NCBI GenBank assembly: GCA_964369965.1
Contig: CAYJGF010000006.1
Location: 2,321 to 66,320, forward strand
DNA from: an uncultured Oscillospiraceae bacterium
GTDB lineage: Bacteria; Bacillota; Clostridia; Oscillospirales; Ruminococcaceae
Length of the DNA stretch: 64,000 nucleotides
Reading direction: 5' to 3'
Shown piece after piece: positions 16,176 to 27,397 of the stretch (positions are counted from its first letter, which is position 1; every line of letters begins with the position of its first letter). The notes under the pieces are model-generated. The model saw only the letters and a list, made by a program, of their open reading frames with translations, did not search any database and had not been told where the DNA came from. A program made the position numbers and the translations under genes.

Positions 16176-17996
16176 CTATATGTTTATACTTTCCGGCAAA
16201 CCGTATTTATCGCGCATCATCTGCCTTGTCTTTTCGTCGGCGTGAAGATAATCCTCCAACATATCGTCGGTGTAACGGGCTTTTACCGTAGGTTTTGTCA
16301 CCGTTTTGCTCTGCTGATTGCCGGCAAACAGTGCGATAGCGTAGGCGAAAATCCGATCGTCGGTTGCACCGCGGCGGTGTGCCTCCCGCCCGTTTTCGTC
16401 CCGAACAAAGCACAGCATCTCGTCCAGAGTCCCCTCATCATGAATCAGCTCCAAACTGTCCTTACAAAATGCCGCAAAACCGGACAGGATCAGCGGTCGT
16501 GTTATGGAGGTGGTCTTAAAGCCATACCGCGGCTCCCCTCTGCCGGTGTAGCGGTCGACCCGCTCACGCCGATATAGTCTCGGGTACCCCCAACGTCGCA
16601 ACAGCTCATTTGCGTAGATACCGGTGTTCACCTCGCTTGCAATAAGGGCGTCGTTATAATATTTTCCGAGGCAATAAACCTGCTCGGCATATGCGCCCTC
16701 ATCGTATTCGGTATGATATATCGCCACCTGTTCGCCGGTGCGGTTATCCAGCACCTGTGCACAAAAACACTCACTTCCCTCGCCGGCGATGTCACCGCCG
16801 ATGACATACGGCACGCCCTCCTCCGGGCTTTTATAGATGGTGACATCTCCGTTGCAGGTTGAAAATGTGATTTCGCTCGGCGCAGATAGATTGCCGCTTT
16901 TTGCAAAGGAGAACTCGCCCACCTGCAACGGTTCACAGAGCGATGATTTGTGCTGAATAATGCGTTCGTTGTCAAAAACCCCACGCCCTGTGGAGATAAA
17001 GGCATCGTCCACACTGCACGGATACTCCTGCCGTATCAGGCTTTTGTCGAGGTAGCCTTTATATTTTTCGGCATACCAGTGCAGTTGCTCCGCCGACAGC
17101 CCCGTGCTCTTAAGCCACTTCAGTCGCTCATAAAGCCAGCTGTCATGTTTTTTCAGCCTTACATTAAAGCGACGTTTCTCGTTCGCATCGGCAAATTCGA
17201 GATGGTACTCCTCGGTGAGCCACCAGGGATAAAAGAGCGTTATATGGGCGCCACTGTGCCACATGTCGTAGTAGTCGTTGAAGCCGTTCGCCGTCGACTC
17301 GAAAATTTTTATACAGTCGGGGGTGAGCGCCTCACCGAGAGCCGCCTGAACCGGTGCTATACCACACTTCCAAAAGGCACACTCCGAGCCATGTATAAAG
17401 TTGATGGTACGGGAGCGACCGAGCTGACGACCGGCGGTCTCGACGTTCCAGCCGGAGTTTAGTCGTGAAAAACGAAGTTCCCGACGGTTGTTGTATTTTT
17501 CACTCGGGTGGAGCAGTTTCGGCAGGCGATCAAGGATAAATTTCGCCTTGTTTTCAAATATAGTCTCGGCGTTTCGCACATCGTCGGCGACGGTCATGCC
17601 CTCAAAGTTGCGTGAAAGCAGTGTGTTCGCAAGTTGATATGCCGTTATCAATGAGGTGAACCCCTGCTGTCGCCCCTTTAAGACCATTATGGATATGGAG
17701 GATATTTTCCTGTCGCGATAGTCCTGTTTAGCTTTTTTCAACCTGTCGATAAAATCTCGCTGAACCTCGTTGAGGAAAAAAGGGACGGTCTTTCGCTTTT
17801 TGTTCGGTATTAAAAACATCAACTCTATGAGTTTTTCGGGTTTGCATCGCAACTCCTCCACCAATGTGGGGCTGCGAACAATCTCGAGCGCCACCGCACG
17901 ACAAAGGTCGCTGTCCGCCTTTTCGCTTTTTAAAAACTCCCACTGCTTACGGCGTTTGGCGATAAGCAGATCGGCGGTATAATATTTCTCGCTCAT
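16176..17996 (-). CDS. terL: Terminase large subunit
   Basis: 606 aa. Walker-A-like MVLKGRQQGFTSL, a later nuclease-type acidic motif region, and a strong AAGGAGG RBS. The position before the portal gene fits. Confidence 0.8.
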   Translation of the reverse strand: MSEKYYTADLLIAKRRKQWEFLKSEKADSDLCRAVALEIVRSPTLVEELRCKPEKLIELMFLIPNKKRKTVPFFLNEVQRDFIDRLKKAKQDYRDRKISSISIMVLKGRQQGFTSLITAYQLANTLLSRNFEGMTVADDVRNAETIFENKAKFILDRLPKLLHPSEKYNNRRELRFSRLNSGWNVETAGRQLGRSRTINFIHGSECAFWKCGIAPVQAALGEALTPDCIKIFESTANGFNDYYDMWHSGAHITLFYPWWLTEEYHLEFADANEKRRFNVRLKKHDSWLYERLKWLKSTGLSAEQLHWYAEKYKGYLDKSLIRQEYPCSVDDAFISTGRGVFDNERIIQHKSSLCEPLQVGEFSFAKSGNLSAPSEITFSTCNGDVTIYKSPEEGVPYVIGGDIAGEGSECFCAQVLDNRTGEQVAIYHTEYDEGAYAEQVYCLGKYYNDALIASEVNTGIYANELLRRWGYPRLYRRERVDRYTGRGEPRYGFKTTSITRPLILSGFAAFCKDSLELIHDEGTLDEMLCFVRDENGREAHRRGATDDRIFAYAIALFAGNQQSKTVTKPTVKARYTDDMLEDYLHADEKTRQMMRDKYGLPESINI

Positions 17997-18020
17997 TTTG
18001 ACCTCCTTGATTTTAATGTT

Positions 18021-18108
18021 ACAACACGACCATCGGATTTAAATAAAAAAGGCGAAGCCGTCTCCACAACTATTCACTATTCATTATTCACTAAGCACTT
18101 AAGCACGT
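18021..18108. repeat. Intergenic structured repeat, copy C
   Basis: tacaacacgaccatcggatttaaataaaaaaggcgaagccgtctc, followed by a reiterated (t)attcact / cattatt stop-rich tail that abuts the stop of the 79-aa gene. Confidence 0.7.
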
Positions 18109-18348
18109 CTACCCCAACAACTCCTCCAAATTCAAATCCTCCTCCCCCTCCTCCTCCGGTGAGGCGAAACCACACATCTTGTTGGCGAGGTCGATAGCAC
18201 GCAGTGCCACCATGGCGGCCTGATTTTTAAACGTGCATCTATCCTCATCCATCTCGATAGAAGCCTCGCTCGCACTTTGCGCAATACTGCACAACATAGA
18301 AAGCGCTTTTTCCTTTGTCCACTGTGTCTGCATCAAAACCCCTTTCAT
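18109..18348 (-). CDS. 79-aa acidic-tailed protein; possible truncated small terminase subunit
   Basis: First gene of the late operon, directly before terL. ...AAMVALRAIDLANKMCGFASPEEE resembles the C-terminal ...KALELLGKHLGMF... segment of P27-type TerS proteins. No N-terminal HTH is present. Confidence 0.35.
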   Translation of the reverse strand: MKGVLMQTQWTKEKALSMLCSIAQSASEASIEMDEDRCTFKNQAAMVALRAIDLANKMCGFASPEEEGEEDLNLEELLG

Positions 18349-18393
18349 TGATATTTAATAAGTTTTACTAATATTTTATAGTCGATGTCTCAT

Positions 18394-18422
18394 ATTATAA
18401 CCTAAAAAATCAACATTGTCAA
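18394..18422 (-). promoter_or_regulatory. Consensus sigma-70 promoter driving the phage-like late operon
   Basis: The minus strand reads TTGACA, 17 nt, TATAAT (perfect hexamers), 46 nt upstream of the 79-aa gene start. Confidence 0.7.
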
Positions 18423-18461
18423 GAGTTTTTTTAATATTTTAACTCATTTCGTAATTTTATA

Positions 18462-18490
18462 TTGACAAAAAAATCAGTATTTGTTATAAT
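18462..18490 (+). promoter_or_regulatory. Consensus sigma-70 promoter driving the XRE/ImmA genes
   Basis: The plus strand reads TTGACA, 17 nt, TATAAT (perfect hexamers). A leader of about 190 nt precedes the XRE ATG at 18683. Confidence 0.7.
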
Positions 18491-18682
18491 TTCAACATAT
18501 TACACATATATTCGACAGCGTATGACAATTTGAAAATTAAATCGTATCGGCGACATTTATGGAAATTAATATAGAAAATTAACTTAATATATAACTTTAC
18601 GTGAATATATATAATTTTCATATTAAAAGATATACTATATATTGAGCGGTAGTAATAATTAAAAGAAAGGGATAACAACGAG

Positions 18683-19027
18683 ATGAAGATGGAACGTTTA
18701 CGCCACCTACGCAGAGAACAGAATTTAAGCCAAGTAGAGATGGCGAAAATATTTAACGTGCACCAAAGTGCGGTCTGTCAATGGGAGAGCGGTCGGGCCA
18801 ATCCGGACTTTGAAAAACTTAAAAAAATAGCCGGTTATTTCGGTGTGACGGTGGACTACCTTTTAGAGACGGATAGGCAAAACGAAAAAAAATCGCCCAT
18901 CGACGACAAAGGGTCGATGAGCAACTTTGATTTTGCACTGTTTGATGAACTGTCCCACCTTAACGAGACTCAAAAAGAGGATGTTTTAAACTTTGCAAGG
19001 TTTATAAGGCAGAAGAATAATGAATGA
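18683..19027 (+). CDS. XRE-family (Cro/CI-type) HTH transcriptional regulator
   Basis: LRHLRREQNLSQVEMAKIFNVHQSAVCQWESGRANP is a classic HTH_3 domain. Confidence 0.85.
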   Translation: MKMERLRHLRREQNLSQVEMAKIFNVHQSAVCQWESGRANPDFEKLKKIAGYFGVTVDYLLETDRQNEKKSPIDDKGSMSNFDFALFDELSHLNETQKEDVLNFARFIRQKNNE

Positions 19028-19050
19028 ATATAGAGATATTGAGGTAACGA

Positions 19051-19449
19051 ATGTTGAAGCAACTTTACAGCGAAGCGGAGCAAAACAATATTGAGGTGGT
19101 CTATTTCCCAATGGAGAGCTTGACCGCCATCGCCTCGCCCTGCCGTGATGGATATGTCATAGGTATCGACGCCGACCGACTGTCCACCACAGCACATGAG
19201 GCTGTCTGCCTTGCCCACGAGATGGGTCACTGCAAAACAGGGAGTTTTTATAACTTTAACAGCAAATTTGATATTATAGGTCGTCACGAGGCACGCGCGA
19301 ATGCATGGGCTTATAAACGGCTTATCCCCTACGATGAGCTACAGGAGCTATGTGAGCTCGGCACACACGAGGTATGGGAGATTGCGGAGTATTTCGGCGT
19401 GACCGACGAATTCGCGCACAAGGCGCTTTGCTATTATGGGGTGCTTTAG
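19051..19449 (+). CDS. ImmA/IrrE-family zinc metallopeptidase (anti-repressor protease type)
   Basis: HEMGH zinc motif in an approximately 130-aa protein, immediately downstream of an XRE regulator. This is the canonical ImmR/ImmA arrangement. Confidence 0.8.
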   Translation: MLKQLYSEAEQNNIEVVYFPMESLTAIASPCRDGYVIGIDADRLSTTAHEAVCLAHEMGHCKTGSFYNFNSKFDIIGRHEARANAWAYKRLIPYDELQELCELGTHEVWEIAEYFGVTDEFAHKALCYYGVL

Positions 19450-21260
19450 GATTTATTTGCCCTCATGCGCAGATTATGGTCCAATATCTGTTTGCGGATA
19501 CGCAGGCTTTTTGGCGTGACCTCCAGTAGCTCGTCCGACTTTAAAAATTCGAGACACTCCTCGAGGCTCATGTTCCTCGCAGGGGTTAAACGCAGTGAAT
19601 CGTCGGAGCCGGAGGCGCGAATGTTGGTCATCTGTTTGCGTTTGCAGACGTTGACCGTCATGTCGTCCGATTTCGGGCTGACACCGACCACCATGCCGGC
19701 ATAGACCGGCACACCGGGGCCTATAAAGAGCGTGCCGCGCTCCTCCGCGTTATAAAGACCGTAGGTGACCGACTCGCCGGTCTCGTGCGCTATCAGCGAA
19801 CCGCGCTCGTTGGTGCTAAGATCACCGCGATAGTCGTCGTAGCCGTCAAAGAGGGTGTTGAGTATGCCCTCCCCCTTGGTGTCGGTCAAAAACTCACTGC
19901 GATAGCCAAAAAGACCGCGCGCCGGTATACGAAATTCAAGGCGGGTGCGAGAGCCGACCGGCATCATCTGGAGAAGTTCGCCCTTGCGTGCCGGCAGTTT
20001 TTCCATCACACTGCCCACACAGTCCTGTGGGACATCTATGACCACATACTCGAACGGCTCCTGCCTTATGCCATCCTTGTCACGGTATAGGACACGCGGA
20101 GGGGATACCGAGAACTCAAACCCCTCTCGGCGCATAGTTTCAATCAATATAGACAGATGCATTTCGCCCCTGCCCAGAATCTTAAAGCTGTCGGCGCGCT
20201 CGCCGTCCGACACACGCAGTGCGACATCGCGCAGCAGTTCCTTTTGCAGGCGGTCTTTAAGCTGACGGGAGGTTACAAACTTCCCCTCCCTGCCGGCATA
20301 TGGCGAGTTGTTGACCGCAAAGGTCATCTCGACGGTCGGCTCGTTTATTTTCAAAAATGGGAGCGGCTCCACACCGTCACCGCAGGTAATGGTGTTGCCG
20401 ATGTTGACATCCTCAATGCCGGACAGCGCGACAATGTCCCCTGCCGCAGCCTCACTACACTGGACACGCGACACGCCCTCAAAGGTGTAAAGGGCGCTGA
20501 CCTTGCCCTTTATCTGCAGGTCACGGTCATGATAGTCACATAGCTCTATCTTATCGCCGGTTCGCACCGTGCCGCTCTCTATCCTGCCGACCGCAATCCT
20601 GCCGACATACTCGTTGTATTCTATGCTGGAGACTATCATGGAGAAGGGTGCGTTTTTGTCCCCTGTCGGTGGGTTTGTATACTCGAGAATACTGTCGAGT
20701 AGTGGCACAAGGTCGACCCCCTCGACGTCGGGGGAGTAGCTCGCGGTGCCGTTTCGCCCACTGCAAAAGACGGTGGGGGAATCGAGCTGACGGTCGGTCG
20801 CACCGAGATCCATGAGCAGTAGCAGTATTTCGTCCACCACCTCTTTTATACGTGCGTCGGGGCGATCTATCTTATTGACGACGATGATTACCGACAGATC
20901 CTGCGATAACGCTTTTTGTAACACAAAGCGCGTCTGGGGCATCGGACCCTCGGCGGCGTCGACCAGTAGCAAAACGCCACTGACCATCTTGAGCACACGC
21001 TCCACCTCACCACCGAAATCGGCATGTCCCGGAGTGTCAATAAGGTTGATTTTAACCCCCTTATACACCGCGCCGGCATTCTTTGCAAGGATGGTGATAC
21101 CGCGCTCCCGCTCAAGGTCACCGCTGTCCATCACACGCTCGGCGACCTGCTCGTTCTCGCGGAAAACTCCCGCGGTGCGCAGCATCCCGTCAACAAGCGT
21201 AGTCTTGCCATGGTCAACGTGGGCTATGATTGCTATATTTCTTAAATCCTGTCTTGTCAT
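19446..21260 (-). CDS. typA: Translational GTPase TypA/BipA
   Basis: [34 protein letters not shown]. 604 aa. Confidence 0.95.
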   Translation of the reverse strand: MTRQDLRNIAIIAHVDHGKTTLVDGMLRTAGVFRENEQVAERVMDSGDLERERGITILAKNAGAVYKGVKINLIDTPGHADFGGEVERVLKMVSGVLLLVDAAEGPMPQTRFVLQKALSQDLSVIIVVNKIDRPDARIKEVVDEILLLLMDLGATDRQLDSPTVFCSGRNGTASYSPDVEGVDLVPLLDSILEYTNPPTGDKNAPFSMIVSSIEYNEYVGRIAVGRIESGTVRTGDKIELCDYHDRDLQIKGKVSALYTFEGVSRVQCSEAAAGDIVALSGIEDVNIGNTITCGDGVEPLPFLKINEPTVEMTFAVNNSPYAGREGKFVTSRQLKDRLQKELLRDVALRVSDGERADSFKILGRGEMHLSILIETMRREGFEFSVSPPRVLYRDKDGIRQEPFEYVVIDVPQDCVGSVMEKLPARKGELLQMMPVGSRTRLEFRIPARGLFGYRSEFLTDTKGEGILNTLFDGYDDYRGDLSTNERGSLIAHETGESVTYGLYNAEERGTLFIGPGVPVYAGMVVGVSPKSDDMTVNVCKRKQMTNIRASGSDDSLRLTPARNMSLEECLEFLKSDELLEVTPKSLRIRKQILDHNLRMRANKS

Positions 21261-21278
21261 TTTTGTCCTCTCACCTTA

Positions 21279-22256
21279 TTAATCAAACGGATAAACTAAT
21301 CCGACCCTCTTGCGAAATTCGTCCATGATACCCATGACCATACTGCTCTCTTTTCTTCCAAAACGATCGCTGTCTTTTTTCCCTTGACGGATAAGGTGAC
21401 AAAAGTGATCTATTTCGTAGGAGAAGTCCACCTTGTCCTGCACTTCATAACAGATATCCTCATTGCCATCGTTAACCGTATAGTTTTGGGAGAAGATGGC
21501 ATTCGGTATAACGATACTTCCTTTTTCAAGTGTGATGATAAGGTCGCTTGGCAGATTTTCCGTTATACAGCAACGAAGTCGCGCATCGAATTTGTTGAAT
21601 TTCAACACAAATCGGCTGTCACCGTCCACACCGGTATGGGTTCTTGTCACACTGCACTCGCCGAGCGTGGGTGCCTCGTCATGGAAAAAGGTCGCGGCAT
21701 TTATGTTGTAAATACCAATATCAAACAGTGCACCGCCGGCAAGCTCTAACGAGTTGAGACGTGCGTCGTCGCCGTGCCCACTCGCATCGAACGCGATGGT
21801 ATAGTCTAAGCCCACTACCTCGCCGAGCTGTTTTGAGCGGATGACCTCGCCCACAGCCTCATACACCGGATTGAATCTCGTCCACATCGCCTCCATAAGG
21901 AGGACCCCTGCCTTTTTCGCGGCATCGAACAGGGTGTTGAGTTTGTCTGTGTCGGTGGTCATGATTTTCTCGCAAAGGACATGTTTTTTGTGTTTAAATG
22001 CAAGAAGTACCTGCTCCATATGCAGTGCGTGAGGTGTCGCAATATACACAGCGTCGACGTTGTTGTCGGCACACAAACTCTCATAGTCGCCGTATGCCAC
22101 CGCATTCGGGCAGTGCTTTTTTGCAAAGTCGGCGGCGCGCTTTGTATCTCGCGCGGCAACCGCCACGACGGAGCAATCCGACAGCCTTTTAATGGAGTCC
22201 GTGAACCTCGGCGCAATCTTTCCGCACCCGATAATTCCAAAATTGATATGTTTCAT
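21279..22256 (-). CDS. Gfo/Idh/MocA family oxidoreductase
   Basis: N-terminal Rossmann fold [12 protein letters not shown] and the EKIM/EKP-type motif (VLCEKIM). Confidence 0.8.
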   Translation of the reverse strand: MKHINFGIIGCGKIAPRFTDSIKRLSDCSVVAVAARDTKRAADFAKKHCPNAVAYGDYESLCADNNVDAVYIATPHALHMEQVLLAFKHKKHVLCEKIMTTDTDKLNTLFDAAKKAGVLLMEAMWTRFNPVYEAVGEVIRSKQLGEVVGLDYTIAFDASGHGDDARLNSLELAGGALFDIGIYNINAATFFHDEAPTLGECSVTRTHTGVDGDSRFVLKFNKFDARLRCCITENLPSDLIITLEKGSIVIPNAIFSQNYTVNDGNEDICYEVQDKVDFSYEIDHFCHLIRQGKKDSDRFGRKESSMVMGIMDEFRKRVGLVYPFD

Positions 22257-22359
22257 TCAAAAACCTCTTTTTTCCATACTTTGTTATTATAGCATTTTTA
22301 CAGCTAATGTACAAGTGTAAAATTATTGACATAAACTTAATGCAAATTCTTCGAAAATA

Positions 22360-22388
22360 TTGACCGATTAGTCGTCCTATGTTATTAT
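22360..22388 (+). promoter_or_regulatory. Candidate promoter for the ECF S-component gene
   Basis: TTGACC, 17 nt, TATTAT, about 40 nt upstream of the ATG at 22426. Confidence 0.4.
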
Positions 22389-22425
22389 AACCTTATAATA
22401 TAAAACGAAAGGATACCTAAAACAC

Positions 22426-22986
22426 ATGACTAACAACACCAAAGAACTCACTCGTTTGGCACTGCTTATAGCAATCACGATACTGCTCGCCGCAACGCCG
22501 CTCGGGTACATACCGCTACTGCCGACGTTCAGCCTCACCATAATGACGGTGCCTATCGCCGTCGGTGGTATATCCGTTAAACCGTACGCGGCGGTCCTGC
22601 TCTCACTGGTGTTCGGCATAACCAGCTTTTTGCGTGCACCGTACGAGAGTGTTTTCACCATCGCATTGTTTGAATATAACGTCGCCTATATGTTGTTACT
22701 CACCGTCGGCGGTCGACTGTTGGTGGGGCTTGGTGCCGCGGTTTTGTCGCATCTGTATCGAAAGTTCGATAAGATTGTCCCCTCCTTTGTAGGTGCTGCC
22801 ATTATCGGTGCGATTACCTCCCTTTTAAACACGGTTATATTTTTATCGGGGCTGTTTTTTATCTTCCCCGCCGAGCTGTCGGGCGGCATCGCCATATTCG
22901 GTCTGATACTCACAAACGGTCTCGCCGAAGCCGCCGCCGCCGCAATACTGACACCGCCGATATGCGCGGTGCTCAAAAGGAATTAG
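22426..22986 (+). CDS. ECF-transporter substrate-specific (S) component
   Basis: 186 aa with six TM helices. The N-terminal TKELTRLALLIAITILLA... pattern is typical of S components. Substrate is unknown. Confidence 0.65.
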   Translation: MTNNTKELTRLALLIAITILLAATPLGYIPLLPTFSLTIMTVPIAVGGISVKPYAAVLLSLVFGITSFLRAPYESVFTIALFEYNVAYMLLLTVGGRLLVGLGAAVLSHLYRKFDKIVPSFVGAAIIGAITSLLNTVIFLSGLFFIFPAELSGGIAIFGLILTNGLAEAAAAAILTPPICAVLKRN

Positions 22987-23065
22987 CTCGACAAAATTTT
23001 TGTTGTAAAATGTCCTATTTTGTGTTAAAATTAAACTGTAAACGTATATTAAAGGGAAAGTGATT

Positions 23066-23704
23066 ATGCAACCGTCAGTTTTATACATAGGTCACGGTAG
23101 CCTTCGATTTACCGCAAAAAACGGCTCGGTCGTCTATGTCGACCCATTTTTCCCGGGGGATTACAGCGTGCCTGCCGACCTGATTTTACTCACTCACAAC
23201 AGACCGGGCGGTGTTGACCTCTCCCTCGTCACCCAAAAGGAGGAGTGCCTTGTCGTCACACCGGAGGATGCTGTCAACGAGGGTGGATACAACATATTTG
23301 GCTTTAAAGGCGTTGTTGTAAACTCGTATGAGACGCTCAACGACCAAAAGATAAGGACCCTCGGTGCCGGCTATATGATACTGCTCGGCAACGGTATCAA
23401 GGTCTACTGCGCCGGCGACACCGTCAAGACCACCGATATGGAAAAACAGCTGTCTCTTCTCGCCATCGACTATGCATTCCTGCCCATCGACGGCGAGACG
23501 ACCATGTCCCCGTCCGAGGCGGCGGAGTGCGCCGAGGTTATGGAGGTGACCTACGCAATCCCCATCCATAACGACTACTCGGTGCTCCAAACTCTCGAGT
23601 ACTCCGACAAGGGGGTCGATGAATTTGACTTTGATAAAAAAATAGTGCTTAAATACGGCGAATCGCTCGATTTGGAACGATTTGACCCGTTCTCGGAATT
23701 TTAA
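23066..23704 (+). CDS. MBL-fold protein with a degenerate metal-binding motif
   Basis: [11 protein letters not shown]...VYVDPF...[13 protein letters not shown]. The fold signature is present but HxHxDH is replaced by HNRPGG. The ATG at 23066 is preferred (AGGGAAAG RBS). Confidence 0.6.
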   Translation: MQPSVLYIGHGSLRFTAKNGSVVYVDPFFPGDYSVPADLILLTHNRPGGVDLSLVTQKEECLVVTPEDAVNEGGYNIFGFKGVVVNSYETLNDQKIRTLGAGYMILLGNGIKVYCAGDTVKTTDMEKQLSLLAIDYAFLPIDGETTMSPSEAAECAEVMEVTYAIPIHNDYSVLQTLEYSDKGVDEFDFDKKIVLKYGESLDLERFDPFSEF

Positions 23705-23727
23705 CTATACTATGGAAAGGAATTGAG

Positions 23728-24948
23728 ATGAAAAAATTTAAAAAAGTTGTACTCGCCTACTCCGGCGGTCTTGACACCTCGGTCATAATCCCGTGGCTGA
23801 AGGAGAATTATGACAACTGCGAGGTTATAGCCGTGTCCGGCGATGTCGGTCAAGGCACCGAGCTGGACGGTCTTGAAGAGAAGGCGATAGCCACCGGCGC
23901 GTCGAAGCTTTATATTGAGGATCTTAAACAGGAGTTTGTGGAGGATTTCATCTTCCCGACGCTTAAAGCCGGCGCTGTATATGAGGGTCGCTATCTGCTC
24001 GGCACCTCCTTTGCGCGCCCCATTATCGCAAAGCGCATTGTCGAGATTGCCCTCGCCGAGGGTGCCGATGCTATTGCGCACGGCTGTACCGGTAAGGGTA
24101 ACGATCAGGTTCGTTTTGAGTTGACCATCAAGGCGTTTGCCCCCGATATGGGTATCATCGCCCCCTGGCGCACCTGGGAGTTTAAAAGCCGTGACGATGA
24201 AATTGACTACGCCGAGAAACATAATATCCCCCTCAAAATCAACCGTGAGACCAACTACTCCAAGGACAAAAACCTCTGGCACCTCTCCCACGAGGGTATG
24301 GATTTAGAGGACCCGGCTAACGAGCCGATGTTCGACAAGATTTTAGAGATGGGTGTCTCACCGGAGAAGGCCCCCGACAAACCTACCTACATCACGGTTG
24401 CTTTCGAGCAGGGTGTGCCGGTATCGGTCGACGGTCAAAAACTCGGCTCTGTCGAGCTTATCGAAAAACTCAACGAGGTCGGCGGTGCCAACGGTATCGG
24501 CATCGAGGACATCGTGGAAAATCGTTTAGTCGGCATGAAGTCACGCGGCGTGTATGAGACGCCGGGCGGCAGTATTTTGTACCGTGCGCATGAGGCACTG
24601 GAGACACTCTGCCTTGACAAGGCGACACAACATTATAAGATGCTGATAGCTCAAAAATTCGCCGAGATTGTCTATGACGGACAATGGTTCACCCCACTGC
24701 GTGAAGCACTGTCCGCCTTTGTGGACAAAACACAGGAGACGGTGACCGGCGAGGTTAAACTCAAACTCTACAAGGGTAACATGATCCTGTCCGCCGTAAC
24801 TAGCCCCTACACCCTCTATGATGAGGAGGTCGCGACCTTCGGCGAAGAGGAGGTCTACAATCAGCAGGATTCCGAGGGCTTTATTAACCTATTCGGTCTG
24901 CCGCTACAGGTCAAGGCACGCCTTGATGCTAAAAGAGGCAACAAATAA
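23728..24948 (+). CDS. argG: Argininosuccinate synthase
   Basis: [28 protein letters not shown]. 406 aa. Confidence 0.95.
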   Translation: MKKFKKVVLAYSGGLDTSVIIPWLKENYDNCEVIAVSGDVGQGTELDGLEEKAIATGASKLYIEDLKQEFVEDFIFPTLKAGAVYEGRYLLGTSFARPIIAKRIVEIALAEGADAIAHGCTGKGNDQVRFELTIKAFAPDMGIIAPWRTWEFKSRDDEIDYAEKHNIPLKINRETNYSKDKNLWHLSHEGMDLEDPANEPMFDKILEMGVSPEKAPDKPTYITVAFEQGVPVSVDGQKLGSVELIEKLNEVGGANGIGIEDIVENRLVGMKSRGVYETPGGSILYRAHEALETLCLDKATQHYKMLIAQKFAEIVYDGQWFTPLREALSAFVDKTQETVTGEVKLKLYKGNMILSAVTSPYTLYDEEVATFGEEEVYNQQDSEGFINLFGLPLQVKARLDAKRGNK

Positions 24949-24960
24949 AGGATAAAACAT

Positions 24961-26338
<1,378 letters not shown>

Positions 26339-26346
<8 letters not shown>

Positions 26347-27373
26347 GGTAGGTATAATAGGCGCAACCGGATATGCCGGTGCGGAACTTGTGCGTCTATT
26401 GCTCTTGCACGACAAGGTGCAGATTGTCGCACTTTCGTCGGTGAGTTTTGAGGGTCAGGCGTTGTCTGATGTGTATCCCTCTTTTTTTAATATTGCGGAT
26501 GATATTCTCGTCGATGAAAATGCCGTTATCGAGCGCAGTGACATTGTTTTCGCCTCCCTCCCCCACGGTCTTTCGGAGGACATCGCTAAAAAATGCGCCG
26601 ACGCAGACAAACGCTTTATCGACCTCGGCGCGGACTTTCGTCTGGAGCAGGAGCAGGAGTTTATCGACTGGTACGGTGCGCCCTTTAAATATGATGAACT
26701 TCATTCCGAGGCGGTCTACGGTCTCTCGGAGCTGTTTTGCGACGATATCAAAGATGCAAACATCCTCGCCAACCCCGGTTGCTATCCAACCAGTGTCGCG
26801 CTTGGGCTTGCGCCACTGCTTTGCAATAATCTTATAAATTCAAAAGGCATTGTGATAGACTCCAAAAGTGGCACCACCGGCGCAGGGCGCAGTTTGTCCC
26901 AGACCACCCACTTCCCGGACTGTAACGAGAATTTTGCGCCGTATAAGGTCGCGGAGCACCGCCACACCCCCGAAATAGAACAGACCCTCACGGAGCTTGC
27001 CGGCGAGCAGGTCACCGTCACTTTTGTGCCGCACCTTTTGCCGGTTAACAGAGGGATCCTTTCCACCATCTACGCCGATATAAAATCGGAGCACTCGCTC
27101 GAGGAGCTACACGAACTCTATCGTGAGTTTTATAAAAACGCACCGTTTGTCCGCGTGCTCGATATGGGCAAGGCGGCGTGTATAAAGGCTGTACGACTTT
27201 CCAACTACTGTGATATATCCATACATTTTGACCGAAGATGCGGCCGGGTTATCATAGCCTCGGCCATAGATAATATGGTCAAGGGTGCCGCCGGCCAGGC
27301 AGTTCAAAACATGAATATTATGCTGGGGCTCGACGAGACGACAGGTCTTTTAGCCGTCCCACCTGCTATATAG
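26339..27373 (+). CDS. argC: N-acetyl-gamma-glutamyl-phosphate reductase
   Basis: IKVGIIGATGYAGAELVRLL, ANPGCYPT active-site Cys. The ATG at 26339 (RBS AAAGGGA 7 nt upstream) overlaps the argH stop. Confidence 0.92.
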
Positions 27374-27397
27374 TTATCGAAAGGAATAAATAATAAT

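Larger units (their letters stand above)
8005..19449. mobile_element. Phage-derived packaging, head, short-tail and lysis cassette with an XRE/ImmA switch (defective prophage or GTA-like locus)
   Basis: A contiguous co-oriented minus-strand operon (small TerS-like, TerL, portal, Zn-ribbon ORF, scaffold, capsid, small ORF, two large structural ORFs, small ORF, M23 lysin, holin) lies next to divergent XRE and ImmA/IrrE genes. No integrase, recombinase, replication or long-tail genes are present. The flanks are housekeeping genes. Confidence 0.7.

Noticed and set aside
18484-18678. 64-aa minus-strand ORF (Tyr/Ile/Asn/Lys-rich) in the switch region
   Set aside because: It is an artefact of AT-rich DNA. 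It lies in the leader downstream of the plus-strand promoter and has no RBS.
7891-19460. att-type direct repeats flanking the phage-like cassette
   Set aside because: Comparing the two junctions by eye, I found no shared segment of about 10 bp or more. This is not proof of absence without a computed alignment.
23710-24291. 193-aa minus-strand ORF
   Set aside because: It is antisense to argG.
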